Of a stretch of DNA of 64,000 nt, positions 10,462 to 20,210 are shown piece by piece (the first letter of the stretch is position 1; each line of letters starts with the position of its first letter). This DNA comes from Bacteroidales bacterium. Lineage in GTDB: Bacteria; Bacteroidota; Bacteroidia; Bacteroidales; VadinHA17. Under the pieces are notes generated by a model, which ran no database searches, was not told the origin of the DNA, and worked only from the letters and a program-made list of their open reading frames with translations. The stretch spans positions 79,241-143,240 of the forward strand of contig JAGPFZ010000001.1 of NCBI GenBank assembly GCA_018056245.1, read 5' to 3'. The position numbers and the translations under genes were made by a program.

Positions 10462-12355
10462 CATATTTGTAATACCTTTCAATGTAGGATTATACTTTAT
10501 CCTTATTTATTGTGTTGTGCGATTCATCGTCTGGTTCAGGCAGCTCTCACGTGCTGATAAGCTTAGGCTGCAGAGAGGATTTTTTGGCCGAGCATTTGGT
10601 CAAAGCCTGAAGGAAATATTTCTTGAGAGTCTGCTGCACAGAAAGATCATGAAGTCAAAGCCGGTTTTGGGTTACATGCATATGTCGCTTGCTTTCGGCT
10701 GGTTCCTTTTGATTTTGTTCGGCACAATTGAAGCAGACATCTTTAGTGAGAAACATTTGAATCCACCCTATAAGGCAATTTTTTTCAAGTTTTTCAATCC
10801 ATCTCATGGAGAATCGGGTTTTGCCCAATTCTGGTATTTTCTGATGGATCTCATTCTGGCTTTTATATTGTCGGGCCTCCTTCTGGCAATCATTAAAAGA
10901 TTCATTCCCAGTGTTGTTGGAATGAAAAAAACAACAAAACACAGATTGATTGACAGAATTGCACTAACGGCATTGTGGTTAATTTTTCCTTCCAGACTTA
11001 TTGCAGAGAGCCTGACATGTGGGGCAGGTGGTTTAGGAGGTTTTCTGACAGGTACAGCTGGTTCTTTTCTGGCTTCGTTTATGCCTGTGGAGAATCTGGC
11101 TTATCCATTCTGGTGGCTCTATTCTTTATCACTTGGAGTATTTTTTGTTCTTCTTCCCATAACACGATATATGCATATCCCAACTGAATTATTCCTCATT
11201 TTTATGAGAAACTCCGGCATAACTACAGGTGATAAGGCAGGTACTTTTTCAGAAGTGGAGATTCATTCATGCTCATCATGCGGGATATGTATAGATGCAT
11301 GCCAGATGAATTTTGTAACAGGGATTAGAAATATCCAGCCTGTTTACCTGAACCGGGCATTACGGAGAGATGAAAATGTGACAGAAATTGCTGAAAATTG
11401 TCTAATGTGTGGCAGATGTGAACAAGTATGCCCTGTTGGAATCGAGACTACAGCTATAAGGATGATTCAGCGAAGAAATATAAGTAGAGAGCCATTAATA
11501 AAGAACAAATGGTTTGGATATCTTCGTTACCGATCTATTCAGCCCAGAGATAAAGATAATTATGAGCCATCTTATGCTCTAGAGATGAAAGAAGATTTCA
11601 AGCGTGCCAATGTGATATATTTTGCTGGATGTATGACTCATCTTACTCCTGCTATTAAAGAGGCGATGAAGAAGATTTTCAACATTGCCGGAGATAAAAT
11701 CTGGTTTATGGATGAAGAAGGAGGAGCATGTTGCGGTAGGCCGCTTATGCTTGCGGGCCGCGATAGAGAAGCCAGAGAATTGATAAATTATAATTCAGAA
11801 CTAATAAGAAAATCGGGTGCAAAAACTCTGGTAACATCATGCCCAATCTGTTATAATGTTTTCAGAGAAAGTTATTATATTGATGCAGAAATACTTCACC
11901 ATACCGAATATATTAAACGTCTAATAGATGACAAATCTATCCGATTAAATTTTTCTGATAAGAAGGTAGTGTATCACGATCCATGTGAGCTTGGTAGAGT
12001 TGGAAAAATATATGATGAGCCGAGAGATATTCTTACATGGGTGGCTGAATTGATAGAACCAGTAGAAAGAAAGGAAAAAGCTCTTTGCTGCGGCGGAAGC
12101 CTTGCCAATATCAAACTCGACCCAAAGAAAAAATCGGCAATTGCTTTTGATACGATAAAGAGGCTATCGTCGGTAAACCCTGATTATATTGTTACTTCTT
12201 GCCCGCTATGCAAGAAGACATTTGCACAGGTCTCAGATATTAAAGTTGTGGATATAGCAGAAATAGTGGCTGAAGAAATTGCAGGTCTCCAGAGAAGAAA
12301 ACCATCTACTGTTTCATTGAATTTAAAAGAAATGGTCAGGCAATTATTAGATTGA
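10448..12355 (+). CDS. fused membrane (NarI/HdrE/DsrM-like) + 2x[4Fe-4S] + double-CCG (HdrD/DsrK-like) protein
   Basis: 635 aa. The N-terminal ~250 aa contain about 5-6 hydrophobic helices with conserved-looking His residues (YMHMS, RYMHIP). These are followed by CSSCGICIDAC and CLMCGRCEQVCP. Two canonical CCG patterns follow: GCM...ACCGRP...SCPIC and DPCELG...LCCGGS...SCPLC. Confidence 0.75.
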   Translation: MKDFDIFVIPFNVGLYFILIYCVVRFIVWFRQLSRADKLRLQRGFFGRAFGQSLKEIFLESLLHRKIMKSKPVLGYMHMSLAFGWFLLILFGTIEADIFSEKHLNPPYKAIFFKFFNPSHGESGFAQFWYFLMDLILAFILSGLLLAIIKRFIPSVVGMKKTTKHRLIDRIALTALWLIFPSRLIAESLTCGAGGLGGFLTGTAGSFLASFMPVENLAYPFWWLYSLSLGVFFVLLPITRYMHIPTELFLIFMRNSGITTGDKAGTFSEVEIHSCSSCGICIDACQMNFVTGIRNIQPVYLNRALRRDENVTEIAENCLMCGRCEQVCPVGIETTAIRMIQRRNISREPLIKNKWFGYLRYRSIQPRDKDNYEPSYALEMKEDFKRANVIYFAGCMTHLTPAIKEAMKKIFNIAGDKIWFMDEEGGACCGRPLMLAGRDREARELINYNSELIRKSGAKTLVTSCPICYNVFRESYYIDAEILHHTEYIKRLIDDKSIRLNFSDKKVVYHDPCELGRVGKIYDEPRDILTWVAELIEPVERKEKALCCGGSLANIKLDPKKKSAIAFDTIKRLSSVNPDYIVTSCPLCKKTFAQVSDIKVVDIAEIVAEEIAGLQRRKPSTVSLNLKEMVRQLLD

Positions 12356-12480
12356 CAATAAGTAATAAATTTTTTCATCAAGAAATTTCTTTATTGATTT
12401 ATTGAAATATTTTAACTTATTTTGGCGTTAGATAGGGAAGATAATAGATAGTTAATTAAGCTTAAAGATAGTAATGTTAT

Positions 12481-13029
12481 ATGAAGCGAGAAGCTGTAAT
12501 AGTTGTAATGTTTGTTCTTTTAATTTCAGGGTCTTGTGCTAAATCAAGAAGTGATAAGTCAAGTGCAGGAAGTGAATCGGATAAAATTGTACAGAAAGAG
12601 GATGGTACTATATCTCTTTCGCTTGAAAAAGCTGTACTTTATCAAAATAGGAAAGACCCGTCACTTAATACTGCTGAATGGAATTTCGTTATTTCAAAAC
12701 CTGGCAGGTATAATGTATGGCTTTCAAGCTTAACACGTGATACTATGAACCTTGGTTATATGAATACGGTGAAAATCGATCTGAATAATGATGAAAGGCT
12801 GGAAGCCAAACCGGTTGGTAATAAGATTATCAAAAACGTTCAGAATTTTGATAATTCCTATTTCAGAGCAGATTCTTACATGGGATCTTTCTATATTCAG
12901 ACACCTGGTGAACATAGCATTCAGGTAATAAGCGAAAAAATAATAAGCAGTGAAAATATATTAGATTATAGTTCTGCTACGCAAGGCACTATGATTGTTT
13001 CGGTATTTCTTGAGCCTAAGACAAGATAA
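12481..13029 (+). CDS. hypothetical lipoprotein
   Basis: 182-aa ORF with a lipobox-like signal peptide (VMFVLLISGSC). Confidence 0.5.
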   Translation: MKREAVIVVMFVLLISGSCAKSRSDKSSAGSESDKIVQKEDGTISLSLEKAVLYQNRKDPSLNTAEWNFVISKPGRYNVWLSSLTRDTMNLGYMNTVKIDLNNDERLEAKPVGNKIIKNVQNFDNSYFRADSYMGSFYIQTPGEHSIQVISEKIISSENILDYSSATQGTMIVSVFLEPKTR

Positions 13030-13039
13030 TTTTTAAAAA

Positions 13040-16000
13040 TCACGACTTTATTTCTTCAATCCACTTTCTGGCATTGACGAAAGCCTTTAGCCATGGAGTA
13101 GCTTCGTCGTTTTTTCTTTCAGACGGATAGTAACCACATTGCCATGGTAAAAAAGATCTTTCAAGGTGTGGCATCATAGCAAGATGCCGACCGTCATACG
13201 ATGCAATGCCAGCCACATCATAATCGGAACCGTTGGGATTAGCAGGATAAGTATGTCTGCTATATTTCATAACAATATTATACCTGTTCTCTTCGAAGGG
13301 CAAACTAAAACGGCCCTCTCCATGAGCCACCCAGATTCCAAGTTCCATTCCTGAGAGATTTCCAAGCATTACAGAATTATTTTCAGGTATTGTTACATTA
13401 AGGAAAGCAGATTCAAACTTATGCGAAATATTTGGCATAAGTATTGGCATTCTTTTATGCTCTGGATAAATTAAACCAAGTTCAGCCATTAACTGACATC
13501 CGTTGCAGACGCCAAGAGAGAGTGTATCGTCTCTTTTGTAATAATTCTCGAGAGTTTTCCGTGCCTTTTCATTATATCTGAAAGCTCCTGCCCATCCTTT
13601 TGCAGGGCCCAGTACATCTGAATTCGAGAATCCACCCACGAAGACAATTATATTTACGTCGTCAAGTGTTTCCATGCCTGAAACAAGATCGGTCATGTGA
13701 ACATCTTTTACATCAAACCCTGCAAGCCATAAAGCGTAAGCCATCTCACGGTCGCCGTTGATGCCTTTCTCTCTTATTATCGCAGCTCTGATGCCGCTTC
13801 TTTTTCTTCTTGAAGGTGTTATGCCGAGTGATTTGAATGTTCCATGAAAATCGTTCATACGGAAATTCAAAGAGTGGTTCATATAATTTTTATATCTCTC
13901 AAGCGCAGTTTCGTTTCTACATTGTTGGCGGTCGAGCAGATATGATGATTTAAACCAGATATCACGCAGAGTGTCAATATCGAATTCATATTTCCGGTCA
14001 TGATTTACTAAAGTAATTATTCTTTCAAAGATTGGATGTCCGATAGAATAGTATAATATTCCATGTTCGTTCAGTAATTCAGTAACCTCGATTTCGTTTT
14101 TCACCTGTATTATTATTCCCGGATTCTGGCTGAAAAGGAGCTTCACACTATCTTTTTCTCCTAATGCTGTCAGGTCAAGAGATAAACCTCCCTTTGTGCC
14201 GGCAAAACACATTTCGAGGAGTGTTGTAATTATTCCTCCGGCCGAGATATCATGGCCCGAGAGTATTTTATCCGATTTAATGAGTTCCTGTACAGTATTG
14301 AAAACTTCTCTGAAATATCCTGGCTCGATAACTATAGGAGCTTCATTTCCAATAAGATTCAAAACCTGAGCCAGACAACTTCCACCTAATTTCAGATTGT
14401 CTTTACTCATATCGAGATAAATAAGGCTAGTATATGGTTCAGGTTCTAATACAGGTGTGATTATTTTCCTGATATCGGTTACTTCACCGGCTGCTGATAT
14501 AATTACTGTTCCTGGTGAATAGACAGTCAGGTCGGGATACTTTTGCGTCATTGAAAGAGAATCTTTTCCAGTTGGAATATTTATCCCAAGTTCGATAGCA
14601 AAATCACTGGCAGCTTTTACAGCCTCGTAAAGCCTTGCGTCCTCACCTTTATTTTTGCACGGCCACATCCAGTTTGCGGAAAGTGAAATACTTTTAAGGC
14701 CGTTTTTAAGAGGCGCCCATATAATATTTGTAAGAGCTTCGGCGATTGAGAGGATCGAGCCTGAAGATGGACTTATCAGTCCTGCTGCGGGTGCATGGCC
14801 AATGGATATGGCCATACCGCATTTACCCCTGTAATCGAGAGCAATAGCACCAAGGTTACTAAGAGGGAGTTGAAGCGGCCCAACACATTGCTGTCTGGCT
14901 ATTCTACCGGTAACCGATCTGTCAACTTTATTTGTTAGCCAATCTTTGCAAGCAACCTCCTCCAACTGTAAAACTATTTTAAGATATTCATAGACTTTTT
15001 GAGGATTATATTTTAATTTTCTAAATGGTATTTTTGTTCTTGTATCATTTATGACGGTACGGGGAGGGTTGCCGAAAAGTGCATCAAGGCTTAGGTCAAA
15101 AGGTTTTTCACCAGTTTTTGAATTGTAAAATATCAGACGATGGTCACTTGTTACTTCGCCTATGATATAGAAAGGGGCTCTTTCACGCGAAGCAATTTTT
15201 TCAAGGGTTGACGCATCTTTTTTTCTAAGTACTAATCCCATTCTTTCCTGTGATTCATTTCCGAGTATTTCTTTTGATGATAGGGTAGGGTCGCCTATCG
15301 GCAATTTACTAATATCAATCTTACCGCCTGTTGCTTCCACGAGTTCGGAAATACAATTAAGATGGCCGCCTGCTCCATGATCATGAATTGAAATGACCGG
15401 ATTATGGTCCGATTCGCTCAGTGCTCTGGTAGCATTATATACTCTTTTCTGCATCTCAGGATTAGCCCTCTGGACAGCATTAAGTTCTATGGAGCTTCGG
15501 TATTCACCAGTATTGACTGAAGAGACAGCTCCCCCGCCAATGCCTATTCTGTAATTGTCGCCCCCAAGCAAAATGATAAGGTCTCCCTTCTCAGGTATTG
15601 ATTTTAAACAGAAATTTTCTTTACCTGTTCCTATTCCGCCGGCAAGCATAATTACTTTATCGTAACCGTATATTTTTCCGTTTTCCGAGTGCTCTAATGT
15701 AAGAAGGGAACCACAGATTAGTGGCTGACCGAATTTATTTCCGAAATCGCTTGCACCATTCGATGCTTTAATCAGTATATCTTCCGGAGTTTGATAAAGC
15801 CATTTTCTTGGTGGAATCTTTTTCTCCCATTGCCTTCCACCGTCAAGTCGTGGGTAGGATGTCATATATACTGCTGTACCGGCCAAAGGGAAGGAGCCTT
15901 TGCCTCCAGCCATACGATCTCTTATTTCTCCTCCCGTACCTGTAGAAGCTCCATTGAAGGGTTCAACAGTAGTCGGGAAATTATGAGTCTCAGCCTTAAG

Positions 16001-16729
16001 TGACAGAACAGATTCAAAAGACTTTACTACAAAATATTCGGCTTTATCCTGTGAGGCAGGAGCAAATTGTTCAATTACAGGCCCTTTGAGGAAGGCACAG
16101 TTGTCTTTGTAAGCGGAAACGACAAAATTCTTGTTCAGATGAGTTGTATTTTTTATCATCTGAAAAAGCGTTGAATCCATCTCTTCCCCATCTATAATAA
16201 ATATACCGTTGAATATTTTATGACGGCAATGTTCCGAGTTTACCTGCGAGAAACCAAATATTTCACTGTCGGTAAGCTTTCTATTTAATAGCTTCGAGAG
16301 CTCTTCAAGATAAATGATTTCATTTTCGCTAAGAGCAAGTCCTTCTTTTAAATTATATTCTTGTATATCGTTTATATATAATATAGGTTCGGGTTCTCTT
16401 CCGGTTTTGAACAGATTCTGATCAAGCCCTTTATAAACTGTCTGAAGCATTGGATCATAAACAGGATTTTCCTTTTCAGAAGAAATAAATTCTTCGATTC
16501 GTTTGATTCCTTTTATGCCCATATTACATGTGATTTCTACGGCATTAGTGCTCCATGGAGTTACCATCTCTTTGCGAGGTCCTATATATAAACCTTCCAA
16601 CGAGCTGGCAGTTAACATTTGAGCTTTACCGAAAAGCCATATAAGTTTGTCGGTATCCGTTTTACTTAGCTTTCTTATCGCCTCAACTGCATATATTCTG
16701 TTATTTTCTGCTTTAAAGAATATAATCAT
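13040..16729 (-). CDS. purL: phosphoribosylformylglycinamidine (FGAM) synthase, single-chain large form
   Basis: ORF of about 1230 aa with PurL N-terminal and AIR-synthase-like repeats. The C-terminal glutamine amidotransferase domain carries GVCNGCQ. The likely start is the ATG at 16729 (MIIFFKAENN...), not the TTG at 16750 used by the ORF track. Confidence 0.95.
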   Translation of the reverse strand: MIIFFKAENNRIYAVEAIRKLSKTDTDKLIWLFGKAQMLTASSLEGLYIGPRKEMVTPWSTNAVEITCNMGIKGIKRIEEFISSEKENPVYDPMLQTVYKGLDQNLFKTGREPEPILYINDIQEYNLKEGLALSENEIIYLEELSKLLNRKLTDSEIFGFSQVNSEHCRHKIFNGIFIIDGEEMDSTLFQMIKNTTHLNKNFVVSAYKDNCAFLKGPVIEQFAPASQDKAEYFVVKSFESVLSLKAETHNFPTTVEPFNGASTGTGGEIRDRMAGGKGSFPLAGTAVYMTSYPRLDGGRQWEKKIPPRKWLYQTPEDILIKASNGASDFGNKFGQPLICGSLLTLEHSENGKIYGYDKVIMLAGGIGTGKENFCLKSIPEKGDLIILLGGDNYRIGIGGGAVSSVNTGEYRSSIELNAVQRANPEMQKRVYNATRALSESDHNPVISIHDHGAGGHLNCISELVEATGGKIDISKLPIGDPTLSSKEILGNESQERMGLVLRKKDASTLEKIASRERAPFYIIGEVTSDHRLIFYNSKTGEKPFDLSLDALFGNPPRTVINDTRTKIPFRKLKYNPQKVYEYLKIVLQLEEVACKDWLTNKVDRSVTGRIARQQCVGPLQLPLSNLGAIALDYRGKCGMAISIGHAPAAGLISPSSGSILSIAEALTNIIWAPLKNGLKSISLSANWMWPCKNKGEDARLYEAVKAASDFAIELGINIPTGKDSLSMTQKYPDLTVYSPGTVIISAAGEVTDIRKIITPVLEPEPYTSLIYLDMSKDNLKLGGSCLAQVLNLIGNEAPIVIEPGYFREVFNTVQELIKSDKILSGHDISAGGIITTLLEMCFAGTKGGLSLDLTALGEKDSVKLLFSQNPGIIIQVKNEIEVTELLNEHGILYYSIGHPIFERIITLVNHDRKYEFDIDTLRDIWFKSSYLLDRQQCRNETALERYKNYMNHSLNFRMNDFHGTFKSLGITPSRRKRSGIRAAIIREKGINGDREMAYALWLAGFDVKDVHMTDLVSGMETLDDVNIIVFVGGFSNSDVLGPAKGWAGAFRYNEKARKTLENYYKRDDTLSLGVCNGCQLMAELGLIYPEHKRMPILMPNISHKFESAFLNVTIPENNSVMLGNLSGMELGIWVAHGEGRFSLPFEENRYNIVMKYSRHTYPANPNGSDYDVAGIASYDGRHLAMMPHLERSFLPWQCGYYPSERKNDEATPWLKAFVNARKWIEEIKS

Positions 16730-16877
16730 ATAATCAAAAGAAGGGGACAAATATGGTTTATTGGTAATATGATACTAATAAAATTTAATTCTCACATTAC
16801 TTAATCTGATGCTCTTTTAAAGTTTAAAAGAAATATCTGCGCATTCCGTCAGAGGACAAATTATTGCATATAAAGAA

Positions 16878-17255
16878 TCAAAAAGGAAGATCGTTGTATT
16901 CTTCCGGTTCCTGAGGAAGATTTTCAGGGGGTAACTCCTCATTTTTATTTATTTCTTTCGTACCTGTAATTTTTTCGATTTTCCAGGCATCAAGATTAGT
17001 GAAGTAATTCACTTTTCCGTCTTTTTCCCATCGGTTACCCTTTATACTAAACCATACCCTAACATCCTCATTCAGAAAAGAGTCGTCAATTAGGTCGCAT
17101 TTTTCCTGCACAAGCTGAAATTTCACATAATCAATATATACATTATCTCCTCCGGGTTCTTTTTTTTCTATTACAAATTCGCGCTTTCTGAATTTGTCAC
17201 TTAATTTGACAACAGGGAATATATTTACCACTTTTCCTGTCAACTCAAATGCCAT
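16878..17255 (-). CDS. DUF3127-like small OB-fold protein
   Basis: 125 aa. The N-terminus (MAFELTGKVVNIFPV...) and the motif KREFVIE...YFTNLDAWKIEKI resemble the Bacteroidota DUF3127 family. The C-terminal tail is acidic. Confidence 0.55.
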   Translation of the reverse strand: MAFELTGKVVNIFPVVKLSDKFRKREFVIEKKEPGGDNVYIDYVKFQLVQEKCDLIDDSFLNEDVRVWFSIKGNRWEKDGKVNYFTNLDAWKIEKITGTKEINKNEELPPENLPQEPEEYNDLPF

Positions 17256-17296
17256 AATTTATACGATATTATACCGATATTTTACGGTAATGAGTG

Positions 17297-18016
17297 TTAC
17301 TCTTGTTTTATAACTTCAAGCAACTCAACTTCAAAGATAAGAGTGGTAAAAGGTTCTATTACTGAACCAACTCCTGCCGCTCCATAAGCAAGACTTTCAG
17401 GTACATAAATAATAAATTTTGAGCCTTCGGGCATTAATGGGAGAGCTTCCGCCCATCCCTTTATTACTTTGTTAAGCTGAAACTCAACTGGCGCACCCCT
17501 GTCATAAGAAGAATCAAACACCTTGCCGTTAATGAATGTTCCTTTATAATGTACTTTTACTATATCATTTTCGTCAGGTTTCGGACCGGATCCAAGCTTA
17601 ATTATTTTATATTGCAACCCGCTTTCAGTAATAACCACGCCCTCTTTGGTTCTGTTTGCCTGAAGAAATGAATCTCCACTGAAAATATTTTGTTTATATA
17701 TTTCTTTGTTAATTTCTTCCTGCTGTGAAGTACGTTCTTCTTCTATCTTATTAAGATAAGCCAAAATATAAGTTCGGGCAATATTATCATCCATAAATTG
17801 TTTATTATTAGAAGCATCATACATAGCCCTTGCTATTGCACTGGGATTCAAGATTATACTGTCGTTTATAAGTGAGTAGTAAATATTGATTCCAAATGCA
17901 TAAGAAATGGTATCTTCATAAGTTTTAAGCCGAGTGCCTGTAATAGCTTTTTCTCCGCATGAAGAAAGGAGAATTGCCGGTACTGCAAGTAAAATAAGTA
18001 ATTGTTTGATTTTCAT
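17297..18016 (-). CDS. FKBP-type peptidyl-prolyl cis-trans isomerase (Mip/FklB-like lipoprotein)
   Basis: 239 aa with a lipobox signal (LLSSC) and a C-terminal FKBP domain (VKVHYKGTFINGKVFDSSYDRG...VIKGWAEAL...LIFEVELLEV). Confidence 0.85.
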   Translation of the reverse strand: MKIKQLLILLAVPAILLSSCGEKAITGTRLKTYEDTISYAFGINIYYSLINDSIILNPSAIARAMYDASNNKQFMDDNIARTYILAYLNKIEEERTSQQEEINKEIYKQNIFSGDSFLQANRTKEGVVITESGLQYKIIKLGSGPKPDENDIVKVHYKGTFINGKVFDSSYDRGAPVEFQLNKVIKGWAEALPLMPEGSKFIIYVPESLAYGAAGVGSVIEPFTTLIFEVELLEVIKQE

Positions 18017-18284
18017 GATGAATTTCTTTAATAATTTTCAGCAAAGATAATATTTTGAGAATTGAAAAGAACTAAATGTTGATATTTATTCTTGTTTTAA
18101 TTTATAACATATTTAATTTTTATTGTATTAGATTTTTAACGAGATAATTTTTTTATTTTATATTTTGTTTTATTTATATTCATGATTTAACATAGTAATT
18201 TTTGATTTTGCAATCATATATAAGGCATTTGCTTTAAATAATAAATTAAGAGTAAGTAATTTAAATAATAAAAAATTAAAGGTT

Positions 18285-19223
18285 ATGAAAAATAAACAGT
18301 CGAGAAGAGCTTTTATAAAACTCTCTTTTGCAGGAGCTGCTGGAGCCTTTTTGTTTTCTCAACAAGCATGTAAGAGTGCGGGCTCTAAAGCCAAAAAAGG
18401 AGCCGTTGATCCCAAAAGCTTTGGCATCGGACTACAGCTTTATACAATAAGGGATGAGATTTTTAAAGATGTACCTGGTTCTCTCAAGAAGGTTTCCGAT
18501 GCAGGTTACAAATATGTGGAGCTTGCCGGATATGATAACGGCAAGTTTTACGGATATGAACCTGCCGAATTCAAAAAACTTGTCGAAGACCTTGGAATGG
18601 AGATACTGAGCAGTCATACTCAGGTTGAAGCTCAGGGAATTACGCTCGAAAATGCAACGAAAATGGCAGAGGATCACGCCAAACTTGGTGTAAAATACTG
18701 CGTTCAGCCATGGATTGTACCGGAAGCCAGAACAACTATCGCAAGCTATCAGAAGATGGCAGCCGACTGGAACCAGGTGGGACAGATAATGAAAGAATAC
18801 GGAATAAGGTTTGGATACCATAATCATAATTTCGAGTTTGCAAATGTCGAGGGCAAAATACCTTATTTTGATGTTATGCTTGCTGAGCTCGACAAAGAGC
18901 TTGTCACTATGGAATTAGATGTATTCTGGGTTACAAAAGCCGGTTATAACCCGGTTGATATAATAAATAAATATCCCGGCAGATTTGAACTTTTCCACCT
19001 TAAGGATATGTACACAAAGCAAGAGCCATTCTTTACAACCGAGGGAGTCACTGACTTTGCACCGGTAGGAGAAGGTCTGATAGACTTCAAGACGATCATT
19101 GCAACAAAGGAAACAGCAGGAATGAAATATATGATCGTTGAACAGGACCTCACTAAAGACGGAGATTGCTTCGGTGCAATCGAGAAAAGTATTACAAACC
19201 TGACAACGAAGATTCTGGTTTGA
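18285..19223 (+). CDS. sugar phosphate isomerase/epimerase (xylose-isomerase-like TIM barrel) with Tat signal
   Basis: 312 aa with a twin-arginine leader (SRRAFIKLSFAGAAGA). The TIM-barrel pattern is typical of the AP-endonuclease-2/xylose-isomerase-like family. Confidence 0.7.
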   Translation: MKNKQSRRAFIKLSFAGAAGAFLFSQQACKSAGSKAKKGAVDPKSFGIGLQLYTIRDEIFKDVPGSLKKVSDAGYKYVELAGYDNGKFYGYEPAEFKKLVEDLGMEILSSHTQVEAQGITLENATKMAEDHAKLGVKYCVQPWIVPEARTTIASYQKMAADWNQVGQIMKEYGIRFGYHNHNFEFANVEGKIPYFDVMLAELDKELVTMELDVFWVTKAGYNPVDIINKYPGRFELFHLKDMYTKQEPFFTTEGVTDFAPVGEGLIDFKTIIATKETAGMKYMIVEQDLTKDGDCFGAIEKSITNLTTKILV

Positions 19224-19258
19224 TATCAGACTGAGTTGGTTAGAAACAGTAGATAAAC

Positions 19259-19305
19259 AACAGGCAGTCAATCGTTTTTTCAGACTGATTGCCTGTTCTG
19301 TTTTT
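19259..19305 (+). terminator. rho-independent terminator after the isomerase gene
   Basis: 12-bp stem AACAGGCAGTCA / TGATTGCCTGTT with one G-T pair, followed by CTGTTTTT. Confidence 0.55.
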
Positions 19306-19469
19306 AAATATTCATTAACTGTAACCTTTAGCTATTTGGCTTTTGATCTCTTCATTATGATCTCTCCCGATTACCAGGCTCCGATTTACTTTGTGTGCTT
19401 TGAGCTCTTTGCCAAGCCTTTGCTGTCCTTCGGCTAGCTATGGCTTGCAAAGCCTGATCTCTGTGCCCT

Positions 19470-20069
19470 TTACCATGTTGCAGGGAACCATTGTCTTACG
19501 TCGGCTACTGCCATGCCGGCACGTTTAGCAGCTTCAATACCAAGGTCACCATCTTCAAACACTTCAATAAACTGCGGCTCTACTTTCATTAATTCGGCAC
19601 ATTTCAGAAATGTTTCGGGATGAGGTTTGTAGTTTTTAACATCATTTGCCGTAACAACTATATCGAAATATTTTTTAAGACCAGTTACCTCAAGAGTTCG
19701 TTCTACTGCTTCGCGGTGTCCTCCCGTACCAATTGCCATCGGCAGAATACCATAATATCTTTTTACAATTTCAACTACAGGTTCAATCGGTTTAATTCGA
19801 TGCTGGAGCTTTGAAAACTCTTCCAGCTTGATATTAACAATATCTTCAGGTTTGACACTCCCGTCAAGTTTGCAGTTTTCAATAATAGCATTTGCAATCA
19901 ACAAACTTGGACTCCCGGTATGAAGTCGCAGAAATGCAGGGTCAATATGTGCTCCGAATCGCTCACTGGCTTTTTTCCAGCTTGCAAAATGATACGGCAT
20001 AGAATCTGCGAGCGTACCGTCGAGGTCAAAAATCAAGCCTTTTATTCCAGGTTTTATCTCGTAAGACAT
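19470..20069 (-). CDS. HAD-superfamily hydrolase (beta-phosphoglucomutase-like subfamily)
   Basis: 199 aa with HAD motif I LIFDLDGTLADS and downstream motifs (GTGG, K...FEDGDLG). Confidence 0.8.
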   Translation of the reverse strand: MSYEIKPGIKGLIFDLDGTLADSMPYHFASWKKASERFGAHIDPAFLRLHTGSPSLLIANAIIENCKLDGSVKPEDIVNIKLEEFSKLQHRIKPIEPVVEIVKRYYGILPMAIGTGGHREAVERTLEVTGLKKYFDIVVTANDVKNYKPHPETFLKCAELMKVEPQFIEVFEDGDLGIEAAKRAGMAVADVRQWFPATW

Positions 20070-20210
20070 TTGCTTAAAATAAGGTGCAAACGTACAAAAT
20101 TGTTTGTTACAATTATTGTGATATAGTATTTTAAGTTCAATATATATCTATATTATATAATTGATATTTTAACAAAACTTTTAATAGTTGGGCTTATTGC
20201 AGAGATGATT

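Noticed and set aside
16730-16750. TTG start giving seven extra N-terminal residues on PurL
   Set aside because: The conserved PurL N-terminus begins at MIIFF (ATG 16729). The extension is probably an ORF-finder artefact.
19306-19469. About 165 bp of comparatively GC-rich non-coding sequence with recurring GATCTCT and GCTTTG-like words and short hairpins (CAAGCC...GGCTTG)
   Set aside because: I could derive no consistent secondary structure, ORF or repeat period by eye. It may be a gene remnant or a small RNA, but the evidence is too weak to call.
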